Shown in pieces: positions 17,358 through 26,756 of a stretch of 32,057 bases of DNA (positions are counted from its first letter, which is position 1; the number at the start of each line of letters is the position of its first letter). The notes under the pieces were generated by a model that was given only the letters and a program-made list of their open reading frames with translations, was not told the origin of the DNA and ran no database searches. The stretch lies in NCBI GenBank assembly GCA_045594865.1, contig JAZNZI010000135.1, positions 1-32,057 of the forward strand, written 5' to 3'. A program made the position numbers and the translations under genes. The stretch is from Eubacteriales bacterium (GTDB lineage Bacteria; Bacillota; Clostridia; Oscillospirales; CAG-272).

Positions 17358-19721
17358 ATGAACAGACAGAAAAGTAAAATCAAACTTATAGCGTTTATTA
17401 TTTTTTCCTGCGCGCTTGTTGCGGCAATAGTATTCGGCGTGCTTACGATTAAGGTATATCGTGAGATTAGCTTTGAGGGAGATGAGCGGCTTTTTGAGAG
17501 CGCGGGAAGCTTTAATTCCACCACCTTTTACGCAAACGGCTCGGAGGGAAATGAAGAATACCTACCAATAGCAATCGAAGCAAGCGGAGGAATGCGAAAG
17601 ACCTTTTATTCTCTTGATGAGATAAGTCCGTTAATAAAGCAGGGATTTGTTGCCGTAGAGGATAAGATATTCTTTGAGCATAAGGGAATTGATCTGAAAA
17701 GAACGATTATGGCAACGGCAAATTATCTGTCAGGCAAAGATAAGGTTTTCGGCGCGTCTACCATAACTCAGCAGGTAATTAAAAATATAAGCGGAGATAA
17801 TCAGATTAGCATCAAGCGGAAGATGCAGGAAATTATCCGTGCCTTTCATATAGAGAGAAACTACACTAAGGAAGAAATACTGGAGGTATATCTGAACGTA
17901 ATTCCAATGAGCGAGAATATATACGGAGTTGGAGCGGCTGCCAGAGCATATTTCGGAAAGGATCCGTCAGAGCTTCTTCCCGAGGAGGCGGCAACACTAA
18001 TAGGTATTACAAATGCGCCTACAGCGTATAATCCGTATATCAATCCCGACGCCTGCAAGAGAAAGCGGGATATTGTGTTATCGGTTATGTATGATGACGG
18101 AGTGATAAGCAAGGTAGAGTATGAAAAAGCAAAAAGTGCGCCACTATCTGTAATTGCAAGAGAGGAGAGAGAGGACAGATTTGACTCCTGGTTTGTTGAG
18201 ACGGTAATAGATGAGGTGGTAGCGGATTATTCTGATAAATATAACGTTTCTTCCTCTGTGGCAAGAATGACCTTGCTTAGCGGCGGATACAAGGTGTATA
18301 CTACTATGGATATTGAGGTGCAAAGGAAGCTTGAAAGCTACTTTGAAAATACAGCCAATTTTCCCGAGGAGATAAGAGATGGACTGAATTACGCTATGAC
18401 GGTGACCGATGCAGATACGGGGTATCTCGTAGGCGTTATAGGCGGAGTAGGTAAAAAGAACGGAAACAGACTATTAAATCGAGCTACCACGCCTTACGTT
18501 CCCGCCTCAACACTTAAGCCTATTGCTCTGTACGCGCCCCTTATAGATGAGGGAAGGATAAACTGGGCAACGGTGTTTGATGACGTTCCGGTAAGCTTTA
18601 TAGAGGATGGTGAAGGATACCGCGAATATCCGAGGAACTCGCCGGCGGTATACGACGGACTTACTACAGTTAAGGATGCAATTCGCAATTCAAAGAACAC
18701 TGTTGCGGTAAGGCTTTGTAATATAAGAAAACCGAAGAGTGTATTTGCTTCTCTGAGAGATGATTTCGGCTTTTCAAGCCTTATCGAGAGGGATGGGGGA
18801 CTTACGGATATTGCGGTTGCGCCTATGGCTCTCGGTCAGCTTGGCAGGGGAGTGTCGCTTCAAAAAATGACAGAAAGCTACAGCGTGTTTTCTGGAGAGG
18901 GAGAGTGGCGCGAGGCGACAAGCTATATTGCTCTCGTGGACTATAACGGTAAGCCTGTCTTAGAAAAAGAGCAGGGGAGAAGGCAGATTTTCAAAAGCAC
19001 TACCGCGAGAATAATGAATCAGCTTCTGATGACCGTCACGGAGGACGGCACGGCTAAAAGCATTACTCTCAACAATAAAATCAATACCGCAGGTAAGACG
19101 GGAACCTCGGGCGGAAATAAGGACAAAAGCTTTATAGGCTACACGCCATACTATACGGCGGGAATATGGTGCGGATATGACGGCGACAGAGCCATCGGCT
19201 CTCTGTCAAAGAGTCATCTTAAAATATGGGACGAGGTGATGCATCTGCTTCACGAGGATATACTGAATAGTGAATACAAAAGGGAATTTTCAACAGATGG
19301 ACTTTCACGTCTGCCTTACTGCAAGGATTCGGGTAGACTTTACACCGAGGTGTGCAGATTTGATCCTCGCGGAAACAGACAGGAGATAGGCTATTTTACC
19401 GAGGATAATCTGCCCGTGGGGAAATGTGACAGGCACGTGCTTTGTAAATACGACAGTATAACAAAGGCGGTTGCGTGTGACGGCTGTCCCGAGGAGAATA
19501 TTATAAAGGTTGCTCTGATTTCGGTAAGCGACAGAAGCTTTCCAAAGGAAATTACCGTCACCGATGCAGAGTTCGTTTACCGGGATATAGACAGATATAC
19601 TCCTCGCCCGCAGGATTATGACCTGCCGTACTTTGAATATGCGCTTCCCGACGGAGTATTCGTCGGCAAAAGCAAGGATAAAAAACAGTTTAATTCAAAT
19701 TGTTATCTTCATGACGAATAG
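17358..19721 (+). CDS. Class A penicillin-binding protein (transglycosylase/transpeptidase, PBP1A-like)
   Basis: N-terminal TM; GT51 motifs EDKIFFEHKG, GASTITQQ, RKMQE and ILEVYLN; transpeptidase motifs STLK, SKN and KTGT. ATG 17358 follows GGGAGA. Confidence 0.93.
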   Translation: MNRQKSKIKLIAFIIFSCALVAAIVFGVLTIKVYREISFEGDERLFESAGSFNSTTFYANGSEGNEEYLPIAIEASGGMRKTFYSLDEISPLIKQGFVAVEDKIFFEHKGIDLKRTIMATANYLSGKDKVFGASTITQQVIKNISGDNQISIKRKMQEIIRAFHIERNYTKEEILEVYLNVIPMSENIYGVGAAARAYFGKDPSELLPEEAATLIGITNAPTAYNPYINPDACKRKRDIVLSVMYDDGVISKVEYEKAKSAPLSVIAREEREDRFDSWFVETVIDEVVADYSDKYNVSSSVARMTLLSGGYKVYTTMDIEVQRKLESYFENTANFPEEIRDGLNYAMTVTDADTGYLVGVIGGVGKKNGNRLLNRATTPYVPASTLKPIALYAPLIDEGRINWATVFDDVPVSFIEDGEGYREYPRNSPAVYDGLTTVKDAIRNSKNTVAVRLCNIRKPKSVFASLRDDFGFSSLIERDGGLTDIAVAPMALGQLGRGVSLQKMTESYSVFSGEGEWREATSYIALVDYNGKPVLEKEQGRRQIFKSTTARIMNQLLMTVTEDGTAKSITLNNKINTAGKTGTSGGNKDKSFIGYTPYYTAGIWCGYDGDRAIGSLSKSHLKIWDEVMHLLHEDILNSEYKREFSTDGLSRLPYCKDSGRLYTEVCRFDPRGNRQEIGYFTEDNLPVGKCDRHVLCKYDSITKAVACDGCPEENIIKVALISVSDRSFPKEITVTDAEFVYRDIDRYTPRPQDYDLPYFEYALPDGVFVGKSKDKKQFNSNCYLHDE

Positions 19722-19775
19722 TTATTTACTTTTTTCCTCCTTTGTGTTAAAATAAGAAAAAAGGAGGTGTGACGC

Positions 19776-20285
19776 GTGACCTACGAGATTGTTTATTCAT
19801 CGAGAAAAACTATATCACTTTGCATTAAAGATGGCGACCTTGTTGTCAAGGCACCCTTTGGAACGAAAAAAAGTAAAATTGAAAGCGTTGTTGCATCTCA
19901 TCAAGATTGGATCGACAAGCATATAGAAAGACAGAAGGAGCGCAATAAAAAGTTCGAGGATCTGACTGAGGAAAAGATCGAAATTCTCAGAAAATATGCA
20001 AAACAGATACTACCTATAAAAGTGACGTATTTTGCCAATATTATGGGTTTAAAGTTTGGCAGAATTACCATAACGAGTGCAAAGACCAGATTTGGCTCCT
20101 GCTCGTCAAAGGGGAATTTATCCTTCTCATACCGCCTTATGCTTTATCCTGAAGAAGCTATCGATTACGTGGTCGTTCACGAGCTTGCCCATCTTGTAGA
20201 GATGAACCACTCGCCGAGATTTTATAAAATAATTGAGGCGGTTTTGCCCGATTATAAGGAGAGAAAAAAACTACTGAAGCAATAA
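19776..20285 (+). CDS. YgjP/DUF45-like zinc metallohydrolase (often annotated as M48 family)
   Basis: TRFGSCS, DYVVVHELAH and NHSPRF, with AGGAGG before the GTG start. Confidence 0.88.
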   Translation: MTYEIVYSSRKTISLCIKDGDLVVKAPFGTKKSKIESVVASHQDWIDKHIERQKERNKKFEDLTEEKIEILRKYAKQILPIKVTYFANIMGLKFGRITITSAKTRFGSCSSKGNLSFSYRLMLYPEEAIDYVVVHELAHLVEMNHSPRFYKIIEAVLPDYKERKKLLKQ

Positions 20286-20323
20286 AAAAGGAAAGCGTTC
20301 ACCTCGCGCTTTCCTTTTTTATT
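20281..20323. terminator. Bidirectional intrinsic terminator
   Basis: AATAAAAAAGGAAAGCG / CGCTTTCCTTTTTTATT perfect inverted repeat between convergent genes. Confidence 0.85.
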
Positions 20324-20780
20324 AAACCTCAAGGGCGTGGGACACAAGTCTGTCGCCCTCGTAGCAGAGCTTAAGTGAAAAGAATCTCTCCTCCTTTTCC
20401 ATAAGCTCAAAGAATATCTTGTCCCCCTCCCAGATTGGCAGAGTGGGAATGATCTCCTTTTTCACCCATTCAAGCTCGCCCTCATCACAGTTGTAGTCTA
20501 TTTCGCCCTCGTATTCCGTCGCGGTAAACAGATGCATATATTCTGTTCCGTATAGGTCGGATACAAAGGTGATAATGCCTCTGTAATTAAGATTTATCAC
20601 GTCGACACCGGTTTCTTCCTTTATCTCACGCCTTGCACAGTCAAAGGGTGTCTCGCCCTCCTCAAGCTTTCCGCCGACGCCGATCCACTTGTCCTTGTTC
20701 ATATCGTTTATCTTCTTTATGCGGTGTATCATTAGGTATGCACCGTCTTTTTCTATATAGCAAAGAGTAGTGTTAAACAT
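20322..20780 (-). CDS. NUDIX hydrolase, 8-oxo-dGTP diphosphatase (MutX/MutT-like)
   Basis: Nudix box GGKLEEGETPFDCARREIKEETG, plus TTLCYI and LPIWEGD. Start placed at MFNTTL. Confidence 0.9.
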   Translation of the reverse strand: MFNTTLCYIEKDGAYLMIHRIKKINDMNKDKWIGVGGKLEEGETPFDCARREIKEETGVDVINLNYRGIITFVSDLYGTEYMHLFTATEYEGEIDYNCDEGELEWVKKEIIPTLPIWEGDKIFFELMEKEERFFSLKLCYEGDRLVSHALEV

Positions 20781-20880
20781 ATATCCTGCCTCACTTTCTG
20801 AAACTATTTTATCATTTTTTGATGGAAAATGCAAGCAGAAAAATAAAGTATGTATATTTTGTTAAAATATACAAAAGCGC

Positions 20881-20938
20881 TTGACTTTCGTTGTAAAATG
20901 TGTATAATAGTTAAGAGGTTAATTATTAATGACTTAAT
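20881..20938 (+). promoter_or_regulatory. Sigma-A promoter with two overlapping palindromic operator-like sites (probable MarR boxes)
   Basis: TTGACT-N16-TATAAT, then ATAGTTAA-gagg-TTAATTAT (20907-20926) and ATTAA-tgac-TTAAT (20925-20938). Confidence 0.6.
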
Positions 20939-20958
20939 CGTTTCAGAAAGGGGAAATT

Positions 20959-21411
20959 ATGGCAGAATCAAAGCTTTCAAGAGCTATAAATATGATGATA
21001 AAGACCGATCATATGCACAGGTCGCTTATAGATTCACAGGTGGGTACGCTTGGTATTCACCGTACGCAGCATAGGATACTTATGCACCTTGCCTGTCACG
21101 CAAGTCTTCCGTCGCAAAAGGAGCTTGCTGAGCATCTTAACGTGACACCTGCGGCGGTCACCGGTGCACTTAAGAAAATGGAGCAGGACGGATATGTGGA
21201 GCGCACGCTCGGTCAGGATAACAGATACAACGAGTTGAGGATAACCGAAAAGGGAAGAGCGCTCGTCACCGAGAGTTGCAAGATATTCGGCAAGGTAGAT
21301 GCTTCAATGTTCGAGGGCTTTACCGACGAGGAGCTTGACATTTACATCTCCTGCCTTGAAAGGTTGCAGGCAAATATGAAAAAACATTGTGAAAGGAAGA
21401 CCAACCAATGA
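20959..21411 (+). CDS. MarR family transcriptional regulator
   Basis: SQKELAEHLNVTPAAVTGALKKMEQDGYVER...DNR...ITEKG winged helix. Confidence 0.92.
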   Translation: MAESKLSRAINMMIKTDHMHRSLIDSQVGTLGIHRTQHRILMHLACHASLPSQKELAEHLNVTPAAVTGALKKMEQDGYVERTLGQDNRYNELRITEKGRALVTESCKIFGKVDASMFEGFTDEELDIYISCLERLQANMKKHCERKTNQ

Positions 21412-23138
21412 AAAGATGGTGGAAATATATAAAACCGTATCTTTCGTCCTTTATTCTCGGACCTGTCGGTATGATAGTAGAGGTAATCGGCGAGATGTTT
21501 ATGCCCATTTTGCTTGCCGAGCTTATTAACCGCGCAAACGAGGGAGAGCTCACTATCGGCGGTAGTATTGGTATAGCAGGCACTCTTATCGTTATCGTTC
21601 TTCTTATGATGACGGGTGGCGTGGCAGGCGCTTACTTCGGTGCTAAGGCATCGGTAAACTTCGCCGCTGACTTAAGACGTGATCTTTATGCTAAGGTACA
21701 GCAGTATTCCTTTGCTAATATTGATAAATTCTCTGCAAGCTCGCTTGTGACGAGAATGACGAATGACGTCACCCAGCTGCAGAACTTTGAAAATATGCTT
21801 CTCCGTATGGCACTAAGAGCACCGGGTATGATGATCGGCGGTATAATTATGGCTATAAGATTAAATCCCAGCCTTTCGGTTATTCTTGCCGTGACGATGC
21901 CTACGATGCTTATAGTTCTTTTATTCCTTATCAGAATGGGCTTTCCCAGATTTGAGAAGCTGCAAAAAAAGGTCGATAAGCTCAATTCCACAGTGCGCGA
22001 GAACGTCACAAATGTAAGAGTAGTGAAGTCCTTCGTTCGTGAGGATTATGAGATAGAGAAGTTCTCTAAGGATAACGCAGACCTTAAGAATAGCGGAATG
22101 AATGCGGTCAAGGTGATCATTTGGGCTATGCCTGTAATGAATATCTTTATGTATGTTTCGGTTATCGCAGTAATCTGGTCGGGTCATAACATCGTGCTTG
22201 ACGGCGGAATGCTCGTTGGAGATCTCTCTGCGTTTATCACATATACTACACAGATCCTCTCATCGCTTATGACTGTGTCAATGCTCTTTATGTTTGCTTC
22301 CCGTGCGCTTGCATCCGGTAGACGTGTGTGCGAGGTGCTTGATGAGAAAATCGATATAAATGACACAAATTACTCGGCAGAACACATAATCAGCCGCGGA
22401 GATATAGAGTTTAAGAACGTATCCTTCCGTTATTACAAGAATAGCGACGAGCCTGTGCTTGACAATATTAGCCTTACTATTCCCGCAGGCTCTACCGTTG
22501 GAATCATCGGCTCTACGGGCTGTGGAAAGACCACTCTCGTATCTTTGATTCCAAGACTTTATGACGTTGACGAGGGCGAGGTCGTTATTGACGGAGTGAA
22601 TGTAAAGGACTACTCGCTCGTTAATCTCCGCGACGGCATCGGTATGGTTCTGCAGAAGAATCTTCTCTTCTCGGGAAGCATTGAATATAATCTCCGTTGG
22701 GGTGATTTGGATGCGACCGATGAGGAGATGGTCAGGGCGGCAGAGCATTCTGCGGCACATAAGTTCGTATCCACCTTTAACGAGGGATATGATACCTCGC
22801 TTGACAAGGGCGGTACAAATCTATCGGGCGGTCAGAAGCAGAGACTTTGCATTGCCAGAGCATTGCTTAAAAAGCCTAAGATCCTTATTCTCGACGACTC
22901 CACCAGCGCGGTCGATACCGCAACCGAGGCGCAGATAAGAGAGGCATTTGCCACAGATCTGCCAGATTGTACAAAGATCATTATTGCCCAGCGTATCAGC
23001 TCGGTTAAGGATGCAGATTTTATTATTGTTATGAACGACGGCAGTGTGACGGGCGTGGGTACTCACGACGAGCTGCTTGAAAACAATGAAGAATACAGCG
23101 AGATTTACTACTCGCAAATGGACAGAAAGGAGGCGTAA
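21408..23138 (+). CDS. Heterodimeric ABC exporter subunit (TMD+NBD) with degenerate site
   Basis: GSTGCGKT and LSGGQ, with non-canonical Walker B LDDST and switch AQR, as in TM287/EfrA-type chains. Confidence 0.92.
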   Translation: MKRWWKYIKPYLSSFILGPVGMIVEVIGEMFMPILLAELINRANEGELTIGGSIGIAGTLIVIVLLMMTGGVAGAYFGAKASVNFAADLRRDLYAKVQQYSFANIDKFSASSLVTRMTNDVTQLQNFENMLLRMALRAPGMMIGGIIMAIRLNPSLSVILAVTMPTMLIVLLFLIRMGFPRFEKLQKKVDKLNSTVRENVTNVRVVKSFVREDYEIEKFSKDNADLKNSGMNAVKVIIWAMPVMNIFMYVSVIAVIWSGHNIVLDGGMLVGDLSAFITYTTQILSSLMTVSMLFMFASRALASGRRVCEVLDEKIDINDTNYSAEHIISRGDIEFKNVSFRYYKNSDEPVLDNISLTIPAGSTVGIIGSTGCGKTTLVSLIPRLYDVDEGEVVIDGVNVKDYSLVNLRDGIGMVLQKNLLFSGSIEYNLRWGDLDATDEEMVRAAEHSAAHKFVSTFNEGYDTSLDKGGTNLSGGQKQRLCIARALLKKPKILILDDSTSAVDTATEAQIREAFATDLPDCTKIIIAQRISSVKDADFIIVMNDGSVTGVGTHDELLENNEEYSEIYYSQMDRKEA

Positions 23139-23141
23139 TAT

Positions 23142-25091
23142 ATGGCAAGAAATCTTGAAGAACTTAAAAAGCAATATAACAGCGTCTCCCACGGTATGTC
23201 CCTCCGCGGTGGCGGACCGGGCAATAAGAACGGCGGGCGTGCAAAGGGAAAGCCTAAGAATATGGGTAAGACCGTCAGCAGAATTCTCTCCTACGTCGGA
23301 AAGTATAAGGGTTGCCTCGTTCTTGTCTTCGTTTGTATGCTTCTTACTACCGTAAGCTCGCTTTGCGCAGGATATCTTATTGCTCCCATAATCAACCGTA
23401 TGGTTAAGTCTGATGCAATTCTTGATCCCAGCCCGCTTGAAATAATGGCTGATAAGGTTATTGCGGCCTTTGCTGATACACCGCTTATCTCCTCGCTTAT
23501 GGTAAATACCGCTGCCGAGGTGACGGTATACGTTTTTGCTGCGCTGATAATTCTCGCCTTGGTTTACGGTATATCCGCCGTTGGAAGCTACATTCAGGGC
23601 AGACTTATGCTCTCGGTGTCGCAGAATTCTATTAAGACTATCAGGGACGATCTTTTCAAGGCACTCCAGAAGCTTCCCGTCAGATATTTCGACTCTCACC
23701 CTACGGGTGAAATTATGAGCCGCTTTACCAACGACGTCGACAACATCGACGTTATGCTTAATAACTCGCTTACCTCTATCGTCAGCGGTGTTATTTCACT
23801 CACGGGAACCTTTATCTTTATGCTTACCACAAATATTTGGCTCACGCTGATAACTATTCTTTTCCTGCCTCCGCTTATGTTTGCGGCAGGCACTATTGCA
23901 AAGAATTCCTCTAAATATTACAGCGCACAGCAGGCGGCTATTGGCGCCGTGAACGGATATATCGAGGAAACGATCAGCGGTCAAAAGGTAATCAAGGTCT
24001 TTAACCATGAGGACGAGTGCATTGACGAGATGAATTTGCTTAACGAGGATCTTCGTGACAAGCAGCAGAAAGCGCAATTCTGGGGTGGCGTCACAGGCCC
24101 GATTATGCACAATATTAGCCTTATATCCTATGCCATTACACTCGGCGTCGGCGGAATTCTAATCGTTACCACGGGCTTTACTCCCGGTGCGCTTACCGTA
24201 TTTGCTAACTACTCAAAGCAGTTCTCTATGCCCATAAGTCAGCTTTCTCAGCAGGTTTCCACCCTCTTTGCAGCTCTCGCGGGTGCAGAGCGCGTGTTTA
24301 ACGTTATAGATGAGACCCCCGAGGCTCCCGATGCTGAGGATGCCATTGACGAGCCTATCAAGGGACACGTTATTATGGAGAACGTCACCTTTGGCTATGA
24401 TCCCGACAAGGTGGTTCTTAAGAACATCTCTCTCTACGCAAGACCCGGTCAGAAGATCGCCTTCGTTGGCTCGACGGGTGCGGGTAAGACCACTATTACA
24501 AATCTTTTAAATCGCTTCTATGATATTGAAGAGGGAACCATTACCATTGACGGTAAGCCCTTAAAATCCTACAAGCGCGATTTTCTCCGTAAAAATATAG
24601 CTATGGTTCTTCAGGATACTCATCTCTTTACGGGAACTGTGCGTGAGAACATTCGTTATGGCAGACTTGACGCTACTGACGATGAGGTTATTGCGGCGGC
24701 AAAGACCGCCAGCGCTCACAGCTTCATTATGCGTCTTGAGCACGGCTATGATACTGTTCTCGAGGGGGACGGAGCAAATCTCTCTCAGGGACAGCGTCAG
24801 CTGCTTAATATAGCCCGCGCGGCTCTGTCAAAGGCGCCAATTCTCGTTCTTGATGAGGCAACCTCTTCCGTCGATACCCGTACCGAGCGTCACATAGAGC
24901 GAGGTATGGACAGACTTATGAAGGATAGAACTACCTTTATAATTGCTCACCGCCTTTCCACCGTCCGCAATTCAAATGCCATTATGGTGCTTGAGCAGGG
25001 CGAGATCATTGAGCGCGGAGACCACGACGATCTCTTAGCTCAAAAGGGCAGGTACTACGAGTTGTATACGGGTCTTAAGGAGCTTGATTAA
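23142..25091 (+). CDS. Heterodimeric ABC exporter subunit (TMD+NBD) with consensus catalytic residues
   Basis: GSTGAGKT, LSQGQ, LDEATS and AHRLST, as in TM288/EfrB-type chains. Confidence 0.92.
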   Translation: MARNLEELKKQYNSVSHGMSLRGGGPGNKNGGRAKGKPKNMGKTVSRILSYVGKYKGCLVLVFVCMLLTTVSSLCAGYLIAPIINRMVKSDAILDPSPLEIMADKVIAAFADTPLISSLMVNTAAEVTVYVFAALIILALVYGISAVGSYIQGRLMLSVSQNSIKTIRDDLFKALQKLPVRYFDSHPTGEIMSRFTNDVDNIDVMLNNSLTSIVSGVISLTGTFIFMLTTNIWLTLITILFLPPLMFAAGTIAKNSSKYYSAQQAAIGAVNGYIEETISGQKVIKVFNHEDECIDEMNLLNEDLRDKQQKAQFWGGVTGPIMHNISLISYAITLGVGGILIVTTGFTPGALTVFANYSKQFSMPISQLSQQVSTLFAALAGAERVFNVIDETPEAPDAEDAIDEPIKGHVIMENVTFGYDPDKVVLKNISLYARPGQKIAFVGSTGAGKTTITNLLNRFYDIEEGTITIDGKPLKSYKRDFLRKNIAMVLQDTHLFTGTVRENIRYGRLDATDDEVIAAAKTASAHSFIMRLEHGYDTVLEGDGANLSQGQRQLLNIARAALSKAPILVLDEATSSVDTRTERHIERGMDRLMKDRTTFIIAHRLSTVRNSNAIMVLEQGEIIERGDHDDLLAQKGRYYELYTGLKELD

Positions 25092-25100
25092 TAATAACGA

Positions 25101-25131
25101 AAAAGCGAGCCTCACAACGAGACTCGCTTTT
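25101..25131. terminator. Bidirectional intrinsic terminator
   Basis: AAAAGCGAGcCTC / GAGaCTCGCTTTT hairpin between the convergent ABC and gltX genes. Confidence 0.75.
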
Positions 25132-25157
25132 AATAATTTCATTTGTAGAAGAATAGT

Positions 25158-26603
25158 TTACGAAAGCTTAGAGAGCGCCTTATCAATTCTTGAGAGAGAT
25201 TCGTTCTTGCCGATAACCTCCATAATCTCGGTTGCGCCGCCGGGAGTTGCGGTCATACCAGAAACTGCGATTCGTACGCACCACATAAGAGTTCCCGTCT
25301 TGATAGAGAGCCTCTCTGCAATAGGCATAAGAGCGGCGAAGAGGGTGTCGTTGTCAAAGCTTTCTACACCCTCAAGGATAGCTTTTGTTTCGGTGAGAAC
25401 GGTCTTAACGATCTCGTAGTCGGCGATTTTGTTCTTCTTGTTGAGGAACAGCTCCTTTTCATACTCGGGCAGAGTGATGAAGAACGCCATTCTGTCGTTG
25501 ATCTCGGAGAGCTTTGCGATTCTGGTCTTAAGCAGACCAAGCATCTTTGCCTTGTTGATATTTTCGGGAAGCTCGGTCTTTATAAATGGGGCAACAAGCT
25601 CGGTGAACTTCTCATCCTCAAGCTTATGGATATACTCACCGTTGAACCAAAGCAGTTTTTCAAAGTCAAAAACGGAGGGAGATTTGGAAACGCCGTCAAT
25701 GGTGAAGGCTTCCTTCAGCTCCTCAAGAGTGAAGAACTCCTGCTCGTTATTTTTGGGACACCAGCCGAGCAGGGAAATGTAGTTGATAATTGCCTCGGGA
25801 AGATATCCGTCAGCAACAAGATCTTGGAAGGAAACAGCGCCGTGACGCTTCGAGAGCTTGGAGATATTTCCTTCGGCGTCCTTACCCATAAGGAGAGGAA
25901 GATGAACGTAGGTAGGTCTCTCCCAGCCGTACGCGTCGTAGAGAAGCACGTACTTAGGTGTGGAGGTCAGGTACTCCGAGCCGCGAACAACGTGGGTGAC
26001 GCCCATAAGATGGTCGTCAATAACGTGGCAGAAGTTGTAGGTAGGGTAGCCGTCAGCCTTCATAAGAATCTGGTCCTGCAGCTCCTCGTTATTCATAGAG
26101 ATATCGCCGAAGACCTCGTCGTGATAGCTTGTCACACCCTCGGTGGGCATTTTCTGACGAATAACAAAGGGAAGTCCTGCGGCGAGATTTGCCTCAACCT
26201 CCTCCTTTGAGAGATTACGGCAATGTCTGTCGTAGCCACCAAGCGCATCAGCCTCGTGAAGTTGCTCAAGGCGCTCCTTGGTGCAGAAGCAGTAGTATGC
26301 GTGTCCCATCTCAACAAGCTTCTTTGCATACTCCATATAGATCTCCTTACGTTCTGACTGAACGTAGGGACCGTGGTCACCGCCAACGTCGGGACCCTCA
26401 TCATAGTTAAGTCCGGTTGTTGCAAGAGTGGACTTGATAACGTCGGTCGCCCCCTCAACAAGTCTCTCGCGATCAGTATCCTCAATACGAAGAATAAACT
26501 TACCTCCGTCGTGCTTGCCGATAAGATAAGAATAAAGCGCTGTTCTCAGATTTCCTATATGCATATAGCCTGTGGGACTGGGCGCAAATCTTGTTACTGT
26601 CAT
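25158..26603 (-). CDS. gltX: Glutamate--tRNA ligase
   Basis: RFAPSPTG, HIGN, LRIEDTD, THVVRG and KLSKR. Confidence 0.97.
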   Translation of the reverse strand: MTVTRFAPSPTGYMHIGNLRTALYSYLIGKHDGGKFILRIEDTDRERLVEGATDVIKSTLATTGLNYDEGPDVGGDHGPYVQSERKEIYMEYAKKLVEMGHAYYCFCTKERLEQLHEADALGGYDRHCRNLSKEEVEANLAAGLPFVIRQKMPTEGVTSYHDEVFGDISMNNEELQDQILMKADGYPTYNFCHVIDDHLMGVTHVVRGSEYLTSTPKYVLLYDAYGWERPTYVHLPLLMGKDAEGNISKLSKRHGAVSFQDLVADGYLPEAIINYISLLGWCPKNNEQEFFTLEELKEAFTIDGVSKSPSVFDFEKLLWFNGEYIHKLEDEKFTELVAPFIKTELPENINKAKMLGLLKTRIAKLSEINDRMAFFITLPEYEKELFLNKKNKIADYEIVKTVLTETKAILEGVESFDNDTLFAALMPIAERLSIKTGTLMWCVRIAVSGMTATPGGATEIMEVIGKNESLSRIDKALSKLS

Positions 26604-26645
26604 TTTATTTACTCCTTTTTAGGTATATCAAAAAATTCACATTTT

Positions 26646-26723
26646 ATTTTAACATAAAATTAATATTTAGTCAATCTAAATGTGTAAAAATATTTGACAA
26701 TCTATGATAAAATATGTTAAAAT
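26646..26723. promoter_or_regulatory. Back-to-back sigma-A promoters for gltX (-) and the histidine kinase (+)
   Basis: Minus strand: TTGACT-N17-TAAAAT (26674-26646). Plus strand: TTGACA-N18-TAAAAT (26694-26723). Both have a TGn extension. Confidence 0.65.
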
Positions 26724-26756
26724 ACATTTAACAAACTATAATCAGGAGAAAACCGA

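Noticed and set aside
19730-19770. CCTCCTT / AAGGAGG inverted repeat that could sequester the RBS of the YgjP-like gene
   Set aside because: The 5' arm lies in the spacer of a likely TTTACT...TAAAAT promoter, so it would not be in that transcript. It is too short to claim as a riboregulator.
21408-25091. Non-canonical Walker B (DD), switch (Q) and LSQGQ signature in the ABC pair
   Set aside because: This is the normal degenerate site of heterodimeric ABC exporters, not decay or novelty.
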